Below are positions 32,915 to 41,982 of a stretch of 64,000 nt of DNA, piece after piece. Source of the DNA: Nocardioides sp. (GTDB taxonomy: Bacteria > Actinomycetota > Actinomycetes > Propionibacteriales > Nocardioidaceae); contig NZ_JASGDD010000043.1 in NCBI RefSeq assembly GCF_047607365.1, positions 843 through 64,842 on the forward strand. The letters run 5' to 3'. The notes under the pieces were generated by a model that saw only the letters and a program-made list of their open reading frames with translations, did not search any database and had not been told where the DNA came from. The position numbers and the translations under genes were made by a program. Within the stretch, counting starts at the first letter, position 1. Each line of letters begins with the position of its first letter.

Positions 32915-34008
32915 CGGACGGCCCCCTGGACGCCGTCGTTCACGTTGTTCGGCACCACACGCAGCGGGTTGTCCTGCGACCACGTGGCGTTGGGCAGGTG
33001 CCCGCAGGTCGGGCCGCGGTCCTCACCGAAGTGCGGCTGGTCGGCCGCGGTGTAGGTGCGAGGCTGCTTCGGCAGGGTCTCCAGCACGATGTGGAGGGTG
33101 TAGTTGCGGAAGACGACGCCCTCGCGCTGGCCGAGCTTGTCGAGCCCGGCGAGCAGGCAGGGGAACTCGGTGGAGTAGCGGGCGGTGTTGGACAGCAGGC
33201 CGTCGTTGATCCTCGCCAGGTCGGTGAGGCTCTTCTCGTTGGTGGCGAGGAAATCCTTCGCCGTGTTCGACAGGCTGGTGACGTTGGTGAGCAGGTCGTG
33301 GACCGGCTGCTCCTTCTCCTCGAGGGTGCTGGTGGTGGTGATGGTGTCGCGCAGGATCTGGGCGAGCTCGGGCACCACGGAGTTGTAGGTGTCGGCGACC
33401 TGCGCGGTCTTGCGGAGGTCCTCCACCAGCTGGGGGATCTGGGGGTTGAGCCGCTCGAGGTAGCCGTCGGCGGTCTCGAGGGACTGCCCGAGCTGGTCGC
33501 CCCGCCCCTCGAGCGCCGTCGCGACGGCGTTGAGCGTCATGTTGAGATCGGCCGGCTGGACGGTGCGCAGCAGCGGGTAGAGGTCGGAGAGCACGGCGTC
33601 CAGCTCGGTCGAGACCCGCGTACGGGAGATGACGGTGCCCGCCTTGATCGGCTCGTTGTCGGAGTCCGTCGGGATGTCGAGCGAGACGTACTTCTCGCCG
33701 AACAGGGTCTTCGGGAGGATGGCGCCGGTGACGTCCGCGGGCACGGTGTCGAGCTTGTCGGGGTCGATGCCGAGCGTCAGCGTGGCGCCGCCGGCGGTCG
33801 CCTCGGAGCGGAGCACCTCGCCTATGAGGACGCCCCGGATCTTGACGTCCGCGCGGTCGGGCAGCTGGAGCCCGATCGTGCTGGTCTCGAGCGTGAGCTC
33901 GTCGTAGGAGGTGAACTTCTGCGAGAAGACGGCGTAGACCAGCCACACGCCCAGGAGGATGAGCGCGAGGAAGCAGACGCCGAGTGCCCGGAACCGCACC
34001 GCGTTCAT
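32911..34008 (-). CDS. mceA: Mce-family substrate-binding protein MceA
   Basis: 365 aa. TM ALGVCFLALILLGVWLVYAVF. MCE domain RADVKIRGVLIGEV. Confidence 0.85.
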   Translation of the reverse strand: MNAVRFRALGVCFLALILLGVWLVYAVFSQKFTSYDELTLETSTIGLQLPDRADVKIRGVLIGEVLRSEATAGGATLTLGIDPDKLDTVPADVTGAILPKTLFGEKYVSLDIPTDSDNEPIKAGTVISRTRVSTELDAVLSDLYPLLRTVQPADLNMTLNAVATALEGRGDQLGQSLETADGYLERLNPQIPQLVEDLRKTAQVADTYNSVVPELAQILRDTITTTSTLEEKEQPVHDLLTNVTSLSNTAKDFLATNEKSLTDLARINDGLLSNTARYSTEFPCLLAGLDKLGQREGVVFRNYTLHIVLETLPKQPRTYTAADQPHFGEDRGPTCGHLPNATWSQDNPLRVVPNNVNDGVQGAVR

Positions 34009-34015
34009 GAGCGGC

Positions 34016-34840
34016 TCATCCCGCCAGCCTCACCGTCGTCGAGGCGCCCCAGATCGCCATCGACAGGAACAGGTCGAGCACCGACACGGCGACGATGCTC
34101 GTCCGGACCGCCCGGCCCACGGCCACGCCGACGCCTGCGGGGCCCCCGCTGGCGGTGTAGCCGTGGTAGCAGTGGATCAGGATGATCACGACGCTGAACA
34201 CCAGCACCTTGCCGAAGGACCACAGCACGTCGCCCGGGGGCAGGAAGGTCCAGAAGTAGTGGTCGTAGGTGCCTGAGCTCTGCCCGTAGAGATAGACGAC
34301 GGTGAGCTTGGTCGCGATGTACGACGACAGCAGCCCGATCACGTAGAGCGGCATGATCGCGATCAGCCCCGCGATGATCCGGCTGGTGACGAGGAACGGC
34401 AGCGACGGGACGGCCATGACCTCGAGCGCGTCGACCTCCTCGGAGATCCGCATCGCGCCGAGCTGCGCCGTGAAGCCGCAGCCGACCGTCGCCGCGAGAG
34501 CGATCGAGGCGACGAGCGGCGCGATCTCGCGGGTGTTGAAGTAGGCGCTGACGAATCCGGAGAAGGCGCTCGTGCCGAGCTGGTTGAGCGCGGCGTACCC
34601 CTGGAGGCCGACCTCCGTGCCGGTGAAGAACGTCATCGCGGCGATGACGCCGATGGTGCCGCCGATGACGGCCAGCGCACCGGTACCGAAGGTGACCTCG
34701 GCCAGCAGCCGGCCGATCTCCTTCTTGTAGCGCTTCACCGTGCGCGGCGCCCAGCCGAGGGCGCGCAGGTAGAAGGCCAGCTCGTGGCCGAGGTGGTCGA
34801 GGCCGTTGAGCGGCTTCTTCAGAAGCGTGGGGAGTGCCAT
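34016..34840 (-). CDS. yrbEB: MlaE/YrbE-family ABC permease (YrbEB)
   Basis: 274 aa, polytopic. EVDALEVMAVPSLPFLVTSRIIAG motif typical of MlaE/YrbE permeases. Confidence 0.88.
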   Translation of the reverse strand: MALPTLLKKPLNGLDHLGHELAFYLRALGWAPRTVKRYKKEIGRLLAEVTFGTGALAVIGGTIGVIAAMTFFTGTEVGLQGYAALNQLGTSAFSGFVSAYFNTREIAPLVASIALAATVGCGFTAQLGAMRISEEVDALEVMAVPSLPFLVTSRIIAGLIAIMPLYVIGLLSSYIATKLTVVYLYGQSSGTYDHYFWTFLPPGDVLWSFGKVLVFSVVIILIHCYHGYTASGGPAGVGVAVGRAVRTSIVAVSVLDLFLSMAIWGASTTVRLAG

Positions 34841-34850
34841 GTCCAGCCGC

Positions 34851-35636
34851 CTATCCGGTCTTCGCCGGGACGACCTGGAAGTAGATCGCGCTGATCACGA
34901 AGTTGACGACGAACAGGAGCATGAACGTCACGACGACCGACATGTTGACCGCGTCGCCGACGCCCTTCGGGCCGCCGCCGGCGTTCATTCCCATGTACGA
35001 GGCCACGATCGCGGCGATGAGGCCGAAGATGAGCGCCTTCGCCAGGCCCTGCCAGACGTCGGGAAGCTGGGCCAGCGCGGTGAAGCTCGCCAGATAGGAC
35101 CCGGGCGTGCCGTGCTGCAGGATCACGTTGAAGACGTAGCCGCCCGAGACGCCGACGACGCTGACCATGCCGTTGAGGAAGACGCTCACCAGCATGCAGG
35201 CCAGGACGCGGGGCACGACGAGGCGCTGGATCGGGTCGATGCCGAGCACCATCATGGCGTCGAGCTCCTCGCGGATCTTCCGGGCGCCGAGGTCGGCGGC
35301 GATGGCCGAGCCGCCGGCGCCGGCGATGAGCAGGGCGGTCGCGATCGGGCCGGCCTCGCGGACGACGGCCAGCACGCTGGCGGAGCCGACGAACGACTGC
35401 GCGCCGAACTGCTTGATCAGGCCGCCCACCTGGAGCGCGATGACCGCGCCGAAGGGGATCGCGACCAGCGCCGTGGGGACGATGGTGACCGACGCGATGA
35501 ACCAGGCCTGCTGGATGAACTCGCGCAGTTGGAAGGGGCGCTTGAAGAGGGCGAGGAAGACGTCGAGACCGAAGGCGAAGAAGTTGCCTGCGGTCCCGAC
35601 CGGCTTCAGCACCTTTGCTGCCGTCAGGGCGGACAC
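34851..35636 (-). CDS. yrbEA: MlaE/YrbE-family ABC permease (YrbEA)
   Basis: 261 aa, GTG start. ELDAMMVLGIDPIQRLVVPRVLA motif; polytopic. Confidence 0.88.
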   Translation of the reverse strand: MSALTAAKVLKPVGTAGNFFAFGLDVFLALFKRPFQLREFIQQAWFIASVTIVPTALVAIPFGAVIALQVGGLIKQFGAQSFVGSASVLAVVREAGPIATALLIAGAGGSAIAADLGARKIREELDAMMVLGIDPIQRLVVPRVLACMLVSVFLNGMVSVVGVSGGYVFNVILQHGTPGSYLASFTALAQLPDVWQGLAKALIFGLIAAIVASYMGMNAGGGPKGVGDAVNMSVVVTFMLLFVVNFVISAIYFQVVPAKTG

Positions 35637-35657
35637 GGGCTCAGCGATCCAGCAGGC

Positions 35658-36611
35658 TCAGGAACCGCCGGCGAGGACTGCGTCCGGCTGGAACGAGCCC
35701 GGAGGAGGCGTGACTCCGTGCTCGCGGCACCACTCCCCCGGCGGGCGCTGGCTCTTGCGCGGGATCCCGTTGGAGGGCTCGAGCTGCAGCGCGATCGGGG
35801 GCAGCGGGGGCAGGTCCATGTCCTTCTCGGCCGCGAGCTGGTCGGCGTCCTTCTCCTCGGACATGCCGATCGGGCCGACCCGCTGGGCGTTGAGGAACTG
35901 TCGCACGACCGGCTCCTCGGAGCTGAGCAGCTGCTCCCGGTGACCGAACATCGCCAGGTGCTTGTGGTAGAGCAGGCCGAGGTTGTCCGGCACGGTGCGC
36001 GCGGTGTTGATGTCGTGGGTGACGATGAGGAACGTCGCGTCGATCTGCGCGTTGAGGTCGACGATCAGCTGGTTGAGGAACGCGGTGCGGACCGGGTCGA
36101 GGCCGGAGTCGGGCTCGTCGAAGAGCACGATCTCGGGGTCGAGCACGAGTGCGCGGGCGAGGCCGGCGCGCTTGCGCATGCCACCGGAGATCTCGCCGGG
36201 GAGCTTCGTCTCGGCGCCGATGAGGCCGACGAGGTCCATCTTCTCCATGACGATCCGGCGGATGTCGGACTCGGACTTCTTGGTGTGCTCGCGCAGCGGG
36301 AAGGCGACGTTGTCATAGAGGTTCATCGAGCCGAACATCGCGCCGTCCTGGAAGAGGACGCCGAAGAGCTTGCGGATCTCGTAGAGCTCCTTCTCGGAGC
36401 ACGTGACGAGGTCGGTGCCCTCGATGATCACCGAGCCCCGGTCGGGCTTGAGCAGCCCGATGAGGGTCTTGAGGAGGACGGACTTGCCGGTTCCCGACGG
36501 GCCGAGCATCACGCAGATCTCGCTCGCCGGCACCGTGAGGGTGACGTCACCCCAGATGAGCTGCTTGCCGAAGCTCTTCGTGAGGTGCTCAATCTTGATG
36601 TCGACGCCCAT
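35658..36611 (-). CDS. mceG: Mce-system ABC ATPase (MceG/Mkl)
   Basis: 317 aa. Walker A GPSGTGKS, signature ISGGMRKRAGLARA, Walker B VLFDEPDSGLD. First gene of the mce operon. Confidence 0.9.
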   Translation of the reverse strand: MGVDIKIEHLTKSFGKQLIWGDVTLTVPASEICVMLGPSGTGKSVLLKTLIGLLKPDRGSVIIEGTDLVTCSEKELYEIRKLFGVLFQDGAMFGSMNLYDNVAFPLREHTKKSESDIRRIVMEKMDLVGLIGAETKLPGEISGGMRKRAGLARALVLDPEIVLFDEPDSGLDPVRTAFLNQLIVDLNAQIDATFLIVTHDINTARTVPDNLGLLYHKHLAMFGHREQLLSSEEPVVRQFLNAQRVGPIGMSEEKDADQLAAEKDMDLPPLPPIALQLEPSNGIPRKSQRPPGEWCREHGVTPPPGSFQPDAVLAGGS

Positions 36612-36654
36612 GACACTCCCAACGTTCAGTTGTGACGTAGGTTACGCGCCGGTA

Positions 36655-36697
36655 GCCAAAGACGGGAGGGGCACCCGCAATTGCGGATGCCCCTCCC
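36655..36697 (-). terminator. Intrinsic terminator of rplJ-rplL
   Basis: GGGAGGGGCA(C/T)CCGCAATTGCGG(A/G)TGCCCCTCCC (36664-36697), a ~15-bp GC stem with an AATT loop, followed on the minus strand by GTCTTTGG. Lies ~27 nt after the rplL stop. Confidence 0.75.
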
Positions 36698-36723
36698 GTA
36701 CGAGGTGCTCTAGCGAGCAGGGG

Positions 36724-37116
36724 TCACTTGAGGGTGACCGACGCGCCGGCGGCCTCGAGGGCCTCCTTCGCCTTGTCGGCGGTCTCCTTGTTGACCTTCT
36801 CGAGAACCGTCTTGGGGGCGGCCTCCACGAGGTCCTTGGCCTCCTTCAGGCCGAGGGACGTGAGCGCGCGCACCTCCTTGATGACGTTGATCTTCTTGTC
36901 GCCGGCGGCCTCGAGGACGACGTCGAACTCGTCCTGGGCAGCGGCCTCCTCGGCAGCGCCACCGGCGCCACCCGCGGCGGGGGCGGCGGCGACGGCCACC
37001 GGAGCGGCGGCGGTGACGCCGAAGGTCTCCTCGAACGCCTTCACGAACTCGGAGAGCTCGATGAGGCTGAGCTCCTTGAACGCGTCGAGCAGCTCGTCAG
37101 TGCTGAGCTTCGCCAT
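36724..37116 (-). CDS. rplL: 50S ribosomal protein L7/L12
   Basis: 130 aa. [34 protein letters not shown]...[12 protein letters not shown]...AGASVTLK. Confidence 0.97.
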   Translation of the reverse strand: MAKLSTDELLDAFKELSLIELSEFVKAFEETFGVTAAAPVAVAAAPAAGGAGGAAEEAAAQDEFDVVLEAAGDKKINVIKEVRALTSLGLKEAKDLVEAAPKTVLEKVNKETADKAKEALEAAGASVTLK

Positions 37117-37130
37117 GATTGGCCTTCCTT

Positions 37131-37787
37131 TCAGTTCTCGGTCTCGGCCGGGGCGTCAGCCTCGGTCTCGACCGCATCGGTGGTGGTGTCGGCAGCGGTC
37201 TCCTCGACCGCGGCCTCTGGTGCCTCCTCGGCAGCAACCGGAGTGCCGGCACCACCTGCGAGGATCGTGGGGTCTTCGGCGGCCTTGGCGGCGAGGGCGG
37301 CAGCGAGCTGCGCGGCCTTGCTCGGCAGGGCGTTGAAGACGTAGAGCGCCTGGGCAAGCGACGCCTGCATGGCGCCGGCGAGCTTGGCAAGGAGCACCTC
37401 ACGCGACTCCAGGTCGGCGAGCTTGCCGACCTCGGACGCGTCGAGCGCCTTGCCCTCCAGGAAGCCGCCCTTGATGACAAGAGCGGGGTTGGCCTTGGCA
37501 AAGTCACGCAGACCCTTGGCGACCTCGACGACGTCACCCTTGATGAAGGCGACGGCGGTGGGGCCGGCGAGGAAGTCGTCGAGACCGTCGAAGCCCGCCT
37601 CCTTGGCGGCGATCTTGGTCAGCGTGTTCTTGACCACGGCGTAGTTGGCGTTCGCACCGAGGGAGCGGCGCAGGTTCTGCAGCTCCTTGACGGTGAGACC
37701 GCGGTACTCGGTCAGCACGGCACCAGCGGACTCGTTGAACTCGCCAACGATCTCCGCGACGGCCGCGTTGCGATCTGCCCGCGCCAT
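37131..37787 (-). CDS. rplJ: 50S ribosomal protein L10 (with acidic Ala/Glu/Thr-rich C-terminal tail)
   Basis: ATG 37787 ([43 protein letters not shown]) in ORF 37131..37937(-). Confidence 0.95.
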   Translation of the reverse strand: MARADRNAAVAEIVGEFNESAGAVLTEYRGLTVKELQNLRRSLGANANYAVVKNTLTKIAAKEAGFDGLDDFLAGPTAVAFIKGDVVEVAKGLRDFAKANPALVIKGGFLEGKALDASEVGKLADLESREVLLAKLAGAMQASLAQALYVFNALPSKAAQLAAALAAKAAEDPTILAGGAGTPVAAEEAPEAAVEETAADTTTDAVETEADAPAETEN

Positions 37788-38029
37788 GGGTCTCCTTCTT
37801 CCGTGGGCGAGACCCCCGTGGCCCTCAAATGACGAACGCCCCGAGCGCAGGCTCAGGGCGGGAACTCCGGCGGAACGTCGTACGCCGTCATCGTGCTCTG
37901 TCACCTGCGCAGGCCGTCCGCTTCGCGGAACCTTCACCTCTCTCCTGGTGGAGCGAGGAACCGGCGGTCTCTGGTTTCAGGGAGGAACTCTACGACGCGC
38001 TCCGGGTCCCGCCAAATCGTCGCGAGCGC
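37788..38029 (-). ncRNA. Probable rplJ 5' leader (L10-leader-type autoregulatory element)
   Basis: A ~240-nt non-coding gap lies directly upstream of rplJ. Assigned by position and by the known existence of L10 leaders in Actinobacteria; the structure was not verified. Confidence 0.4.
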
Positions 38030-38764
38030 TCAGGATCGCTCCGGGAGCAGCGGATCCTCGAGGGCGCCGTTGCAGCCGTAGATCGGGATGCCGACGCACC
38101 CGAGCGTCTCCGACCTGACCTCCTCGGAGCCGGCGGTGACGGCCACCCAGCTGCCGCCCTCGGGCAAGGTGACGGGGTCGGCGTCCTCCCGGAAGCCCAC
38201 CGCCTCCCAGGAGTAATCGTCGTGCAGGCTGATCGAGGTGCGGGGGTCCTGGCAGCCGGCGCCGTACCAGGCGAGGTGGCCACCGGCACCAGGACTCCCG
38301 CTCTGGACCGGGACGTAGATGGAGGTGCCGCACTGTTCCTCCTCGCCGCTCACCGCGGCTCCGCGGCCCACTCGCGCCGCGATCTCGGCGGACGTCGCGG
38401 TCGCCGCGTCGAAGACGGCCACGGCCTGCATCGTGCAGACCTGCTCGTAGTCGATCGGCACCCAGCCGGCGTCGATCGACGTGATCTCACACGAGAGGTA
38501 GGTCCAGCGGCCGGCCTCCGGGCCGAGGGCGCCGGCCAGTTGCCGTACCTTCTCCTCGAGGCGCTCCAGCGCCTCGCCCCGGCGCTGGAGCGCCTGGGTG
38601 CCCGCCTCGCGGGCCTTGCCCTTGGCGCTGTGCCTGGTGGTGATGTCGCTCAGCACCTTGAGCAGGACCAGCGCCAGGACGACGGCCAGCGCGACCAGCC
38701 CGATCCGGGCCCAGAGCGACCTCCCCCTCCACAACGCCACGTCGCCAGCGTAGGGCTGGGGCAC
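38030..38764 (-). CDS. Hypothetical membrane-anchored, Cys-rich protein between rplA and rplJ
   Basis: 244 aa. TM IGLVALAVVLALVLLKVL, a coiled-coil-like REAGTQALQRRGEALERLEEKVRQLAG, then a ~170-aa domain with 7 Cys. No family recognised. Confidence 0.55.
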   Translation of the reverse strand: MPQPYAGDVALWRGRSLWARIGLVALAVVLALVLLKVLSDITTRHSAKGKAREAGTQALQRRGEALERLEEKVRQLAGALGPEAGRWTYLSCEITSIDAGWVPIDYEQVCTMQAVAVFDAATATSAEIAARVGRGAAVSGEEEQCGTSIYVPVQSGSPGAGGHLAWYGAGCQDPRTSISLHDDYSWEAVGFREDADPVTLPEGGSWVAVTAGSEEVRSETLGCVGIPIYGCNGALEDPLLPERS

Positions 38765-38782
38765 GTGCCAGGAACGCCGAAC

Positions 38783-38810
38783 GGGCCCCGCACCCGGAGG
38801 TGCGAGGCCC
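38783..38810 (-). terminator. Candidate hairpin after rplA
   Basis: GGGCCCCGCACC-CGGA-GGTGCGAGGCCC, ~20 nt past the rplA stop. Imperfect stem, no U-tract. Confidence 0.35.
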
Positions 38811-38831
38811 GCTCACCGAGTCGGCCGAGGA

Positions 38832-39545
38832 TCAGGCCTCGTCGTCGCCGGCCACGTTGCGGGTGCGGTTGGGGTCCACCTGGACGCCCGGACCCATCGT
38901 CGTGGAGACGGTGACCTTCTTGACGTAGCGGCCCTTGGAGCTGGCCGGCTTGAGCCGGAGCACCTCCTCGAGCGCCGCGGCGTAGTTCTCCGCCAGCTGG
39001 GCCTCGGAGAAGGAGGCCTTGCCGATGATGAAGTGGAGGTTGGCGTGACGGTCCACGCGGAACTCGATCTTGCCGCCCTTGATGTCGGTCACGGCCTTGG
39101 CCACGTCGGTGGTCACCGTGCCGGTCTTCGGGTTGGGCATGAGGCCACGGGGACCGAGGATGCGGGCCACCTTGCCGACCTTGCCCATGAGGTCCGGGGT
39201 CGCGACGGCCGCGTCGAAGTCGGTCCAGCCGCCGGCCACGCGCTCGATGAGCTCGTCGCCGCCGACCTCGTCGGCACCGGCGGCGCGGGCCTCCTCGGCC
39301 TTCTCGGCGTTGGCGAACACGATGACGCGGACGGTCTTGCCGGTGCCGTGGGGCAGGCTCACGGTGCCACGGACCATCTGGTCGGCCTTGCGGGGGTCGA
39401 CGCCGAGACGCATGACGACGTCCACGGTCTCGTCGAACTTCTTCTTGCTCGCACCCTTGGCGATCTTGATCGCGGCCAGCGGGCTGAAGATCTCGTTCTT
39501 GTCGAACGAGTCAACCGCGGCACGGTAGGTCTTGCTGCGCTGCAT
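38832..39545 (-). CDS. rplA: 50S ribosomal protein L1
   Basis: 237 aa. [30 protein letters not shown]...[33 protein letters not shown] upstream. Confidence 0.97.
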   Translation of the reverse strand: MQRSKTYRAAVDSFDKNEIFSPLAAIKIAKGASKKKFDETVDVVMRLGVDPRKADQMVRGTVSLPHGTGKTVRVIVFANAEKAEEARAAGADEVGGDELIERVAGGWTDFDAAVATPDLMGKVGKVARILGPRGLMPNPKTGTVTTDVAKAVTDIKGGKIEFRVDRHANLHFIIGKASFSEAQLAENYAAALEEVLRLKPASSKGRYVKKVTVSTTMGPGVQVDPNRTRNVAGDDEA

Positions 39546-39558
39546 GTCAGTCTCCTCC

Positions 39559-39990
39559 TCAGGCCTCGGTCGTGACGCCCATAGAACGGGCGGTGCCCTC
39601 GACGATCTTCATCGCGGCCTCGATGTCGTTGGCATTGAGGTCGGGAAGCTTGGTGGTGGCGATCTCGCGGACCTGGTCCTTGGTCAGCTTGCCGACCTTG
39701 TCCTTGTGCGGGACCGAGGAGCCCTTGGCCAGGCCGGCGGCCTTCTTGATCAGCTCGGCGGCCGGGGGCGTCTTGGTGATGAACTCGAAGCTGCGGTCCT
39801 CGTAGATGGTGATCTCGACGGGGATCACGTTGCCGCGCATGGACTCGGTCTGGGCGTTGTAGGCCTTGCAGAAGTCCATGATGTTGACGCCGTGCGGGCC
39901 GAGCGCGGTGCCGACCGGCGGGGCCGGGGTCGCGGCCCCGGCGTTGAGCTGCACCTTGACCAGGGCAGCGATCTTCTTCTTGGGAGGCAT
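39559..39990 (-). CDS. rplK: 50S ribosomal protein L11
   Basis: ATG 39990 ([45 protein letters not shown]). Confidence 0.97.
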   Translation of the reverse strand: MPPKKKIAALVKVQLNAGAATPAPPVGTALGPHGVNIMDFCKAYNAQTESMRGNVIPVEITIYEDRSFEFITKTPPAAELIKKAAGLAKGSSVPHKDKVGKLTKDQVREIATTKLPDLNANDIEAAMKIVEGTARSMGVTTEA

Positions 39991-40124
39991 GCTCACTCTC
40001 TCTCTTCGCGTGGTCATGACGAGGCGGACGCCTCTGCCACTGGCTCCTTCGCCGTCGCGTACGACGTCAGGCGAGCCGATCCAACGGAGAAGTCTCCGGC
40101 ATCAGCCGGGGACTCTCCAAAACC

Positions 40125-40859
40125 TCAGACCTTGGAGACCTGGCTGAAGCTGAGCTCCACCGGGGTCTCGCGGCCGAAGATCTCCACGAGCGCCTTGAGA
40201 CGCTGCGACTCGGCGTTGATCTCGGTGATCGTGGCGTGCAGGGTGGCGAAGGGGCCGTCGACGACCATGACCGAGTCGCCCTCGCCGAAGTCGGCCACCT
40301 CGACCGGCTTCTTGGAGGCGAGGATCGTGCCCGCGCCACCCGTGGCGGCGGTGCCGGCGGCAGCGGCCTCGGCCTCCGCCTCGGCGGCGGCGACCACGGC
40401 CGGAGCGAGCATCGACTCGACCTCGGACATGGACAGCGGCACCGGCTGGTGCTGGTGGCCGACGAAGCCGGTCACGCTCGGGGTGTGGCGGACCGCGGCC
40501 CACGACTCGTCGCTGAGGTCCATCCGGACCAGGACATAGCCGGGGAGGACGGTGCGCTTGACCTTCTTGCGCTGGCCGTTCTTGATCTCGAAGACCTCTT
40601 CGGTGGGGACCACGATCTCGTGGATGTAGTCCTCCATGTTGAGGGAGATGATGCGGTTCTCCAGGTTGGACTTCACCCGGTTCTCCATGCCGGAGTAGGT
40701 GTGCACGACGTACCAGTCGCCCGGCTTCGCCCACAGCTCGCGCCGGAAAGCCTCCAGCGGGTCGTTCTCGTCGGTCTTGACGGCTTCGTCGGTCTCCTCG
40801 ACCACCTCGACCTCGTCGGTCTCGGGGGTGGACTCGAACTCCTGCTCAGACACGCTCAC
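40125..40859 (-). CDS. nusG: Transcription termination/antitermination factor NusG (acidic N-terminal extension, Ala-rich insert)
   Basis: 244 aa, GTG start. [33 protein letters not shown] region [22 protein letters not shown]. Confidence 0.95.
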   Translation of the reverse strand: MSVSEQEFESTPETDEVEVVEETDEAVKTDENDPLEAFRRELWAKPGDWYVVHTYSGMENRVKSNLENRIISLNMEDYIHEIVVPTEEVFEIKNGQRKKVKRTVLPGYVLVRMDLSDESWAAVRHTPSVTGFVGHQHQPVPLSMSEVESMLAPAVVAAAEAEAEAAAAGTAATGGAGTILASKKPVEVADFGEGDSVMVVDGPFATLHATITEINAESQRLKALVEIFGRETPVELSFSQVSKV

Positions 40860-40881
40860 TCCATCAGCTCTAGAAAACTCG

Positions 40882-41127
40882 TCAGTCGCGGCCGTTGAAG
40901 ACCATGAAGAAGAACTTGCCGAGCCCCAGGTCGAGGAGCGACACGATCGCCATCATGATCAGCACGAACACCAGCACGACGATGAAATAGGTGGTCAGCT
41001 GCTGCTGCGTCGGCCAGACGACCTTCCGCAGCTCAGCGATCACCTGCCGGTAGAACGTGAAGGGGCTGGTCCGCTTCTCGCCGCCGTCCCGCTTGCGCGG
41101 GGCCGGGCTGGTCGTGCTCTCAGACAT
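40882..41127 (-). CDS. secE: Preprotein translocase subunit SecE
   Basis: ATG 41127 ([16 protein letters not shown]...[38 protein letters not shown]). Confidence 0.92.
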   Translation of the reverse strand: MSESTTSPAPRKRDGGEKRTSPFTFYRQVIAELRKVVWPTQQQLTTYFIVVLVFVLIMMAIVSLLDLGLGKFFFMVFNGRD

Positions 41128-41151
41128 GCCTCTCCTCGTCCAACGTCGGTG

Positions 41152-41224
41152 CAGGGCACGAGGGACTTGAACCCCCAACCTTCGGTTTTGGAGACCGATG
41201 CTCTGCCAGTTGAGCTAGTGCCCT
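41152..41224 (-). tRNA. tRNA-Trp (anticodon CCA)
   Basis: Hand-folded cloverleaf: AGGGCAC TA GCTC AACTGGCA GAGC A TCGGT CTCCAAA ACCGA AGGTT GGGGG TTCAAGT CCCTC GTGCCCT G. 73 nt, CCA not encoded. Confidence 0.9.
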
Positions 41225-41382
41225 CCGATGGATCCTGTTGGGCCACGTGACGCCCCGAACCCGGAAAATGGGCGCAGAACATCATGTGGGAAATCCACCA
41301 GTCGAGGAGTCTACGGCGCTGCCAGACGGAGCACCAATCGAGCCCGGCGGACGCGCCCCGGGCGACACCGTGGCCCGCGAGC

Positions 41383-41964
41383 TCAGCCGAGAGCTCGGCC
41401 GCGAGGCCGCCCGAGCGCGCGCGGGGGCGACGCGGGATCGCCGTCGCCCTCCGGGTCGGCGAGGTCGAGCTCGAGGTAGGCGACGTCGTGCCAGGCGCCG
41501 TGCTTCCAGCCCACGCGGTGCAGCGTGCCGACGTCGGCGAACCCGAAGGACCGGTGCAGCCGCAGGCTCGCCTCGTTGGGCAGCGCGATCACGCCGATGA
41601 AGCGGCGGTACCCCAGGGCCGCCAGCCGCTCGATCAGCTCCGCGTAGAGCGCCCGGCCGCGGCCGCCCCCGCGGGACGACTCGTCGAGATAGACGCTCCC
41701 CTCGACCGCCCAGTCGTAGGCCGCCCGCGACTTGAAGGAGCCTCCGTAGGCGTAGCCGGTGACGACGCCGTCCTCCTCGAGCACCAGCCACACGTGACGC
41801 TCCTGGGCCTGCGCGATGCGCCGGGTCATCTCCTCGACGCCCGGCACCTCGGTCTCGAAGGTGATCGGGGTGTGGGCCACGTAGGGCGCGTAGATCGCGG
41901 CGCACGCAGCCGCGTCGGCAGCGGTCGCCACGCGGATGGTCCGGCTCGCGGAGTCGTCGCTCAT
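41383..41964 (-). CDS. GNAT acetyltransferase, phosphinothricin/MSO N-acetyltransferase-like
   Basis: MSDDSASRTIRVATAADAAACAAIYAPYVAHTPITFETEVP...GGGRGRALYAELIERLAALGYRRFIGVIALPNEASLRLHRSFGF. ATG 41964, with 41970 as the alternative. Confidence 0.8.
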   Translation of the reverse strand: MSDDSASRTIRVATAADAAACAAIYAPYVAHTPITFETEVPGVEEMTRRIAQAQERHVWLVLEEDGVVTGYAYGGSFKSRAAYDWAVEGSVYLDESSRGGGRGRALYAELIERLAALGYRRFIGVIALPNEASLRLHRSFGFADVGTLHRVGWKHGAWHDVAYLELDLADPEGDGDPASPPRALGRPRGRALG

Positions 41965-41982
41965 GTCCATTATAGTAGTTGT
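41965..41982. promoter_or_regulatory. 18-bp divergent intergenic region with overlapping face-to-face -10 boxes (TATAGT plus strand, TATAAT minus strand)
   Basis: The plus strand reads CCATTATAGTAGTTGT. TATAGT (41971-41976) ends 6 nt before ATG 41983. TATAAT (minus strand, 41974-41969) ends 4 nt before ATG 41964. Both mRNAs would be leaderless. Confidence 0.45.

Noticed and set aside
36612-36654. A promoter call for the mce operon in the 45 nt between the rplL terminator and mceG.
   Set aside because: Only an SD-like GGGAG is clear. No convincing -35/-10 pair could be identified by eye, so no promoter feature is reported.
41152-41400. An integrase, prophage or integrative element next to tRNA-Trp, and likewise next to tRNA-Met and tRNA-Thr at 57.1-57.3 kb.
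   Set aside because: No integrase, recombinase or phage-like ORF lies in the flanks. I found no duplicated tRNA 3' segment by eye. The adjacent genes are metabolic or housekeeping.
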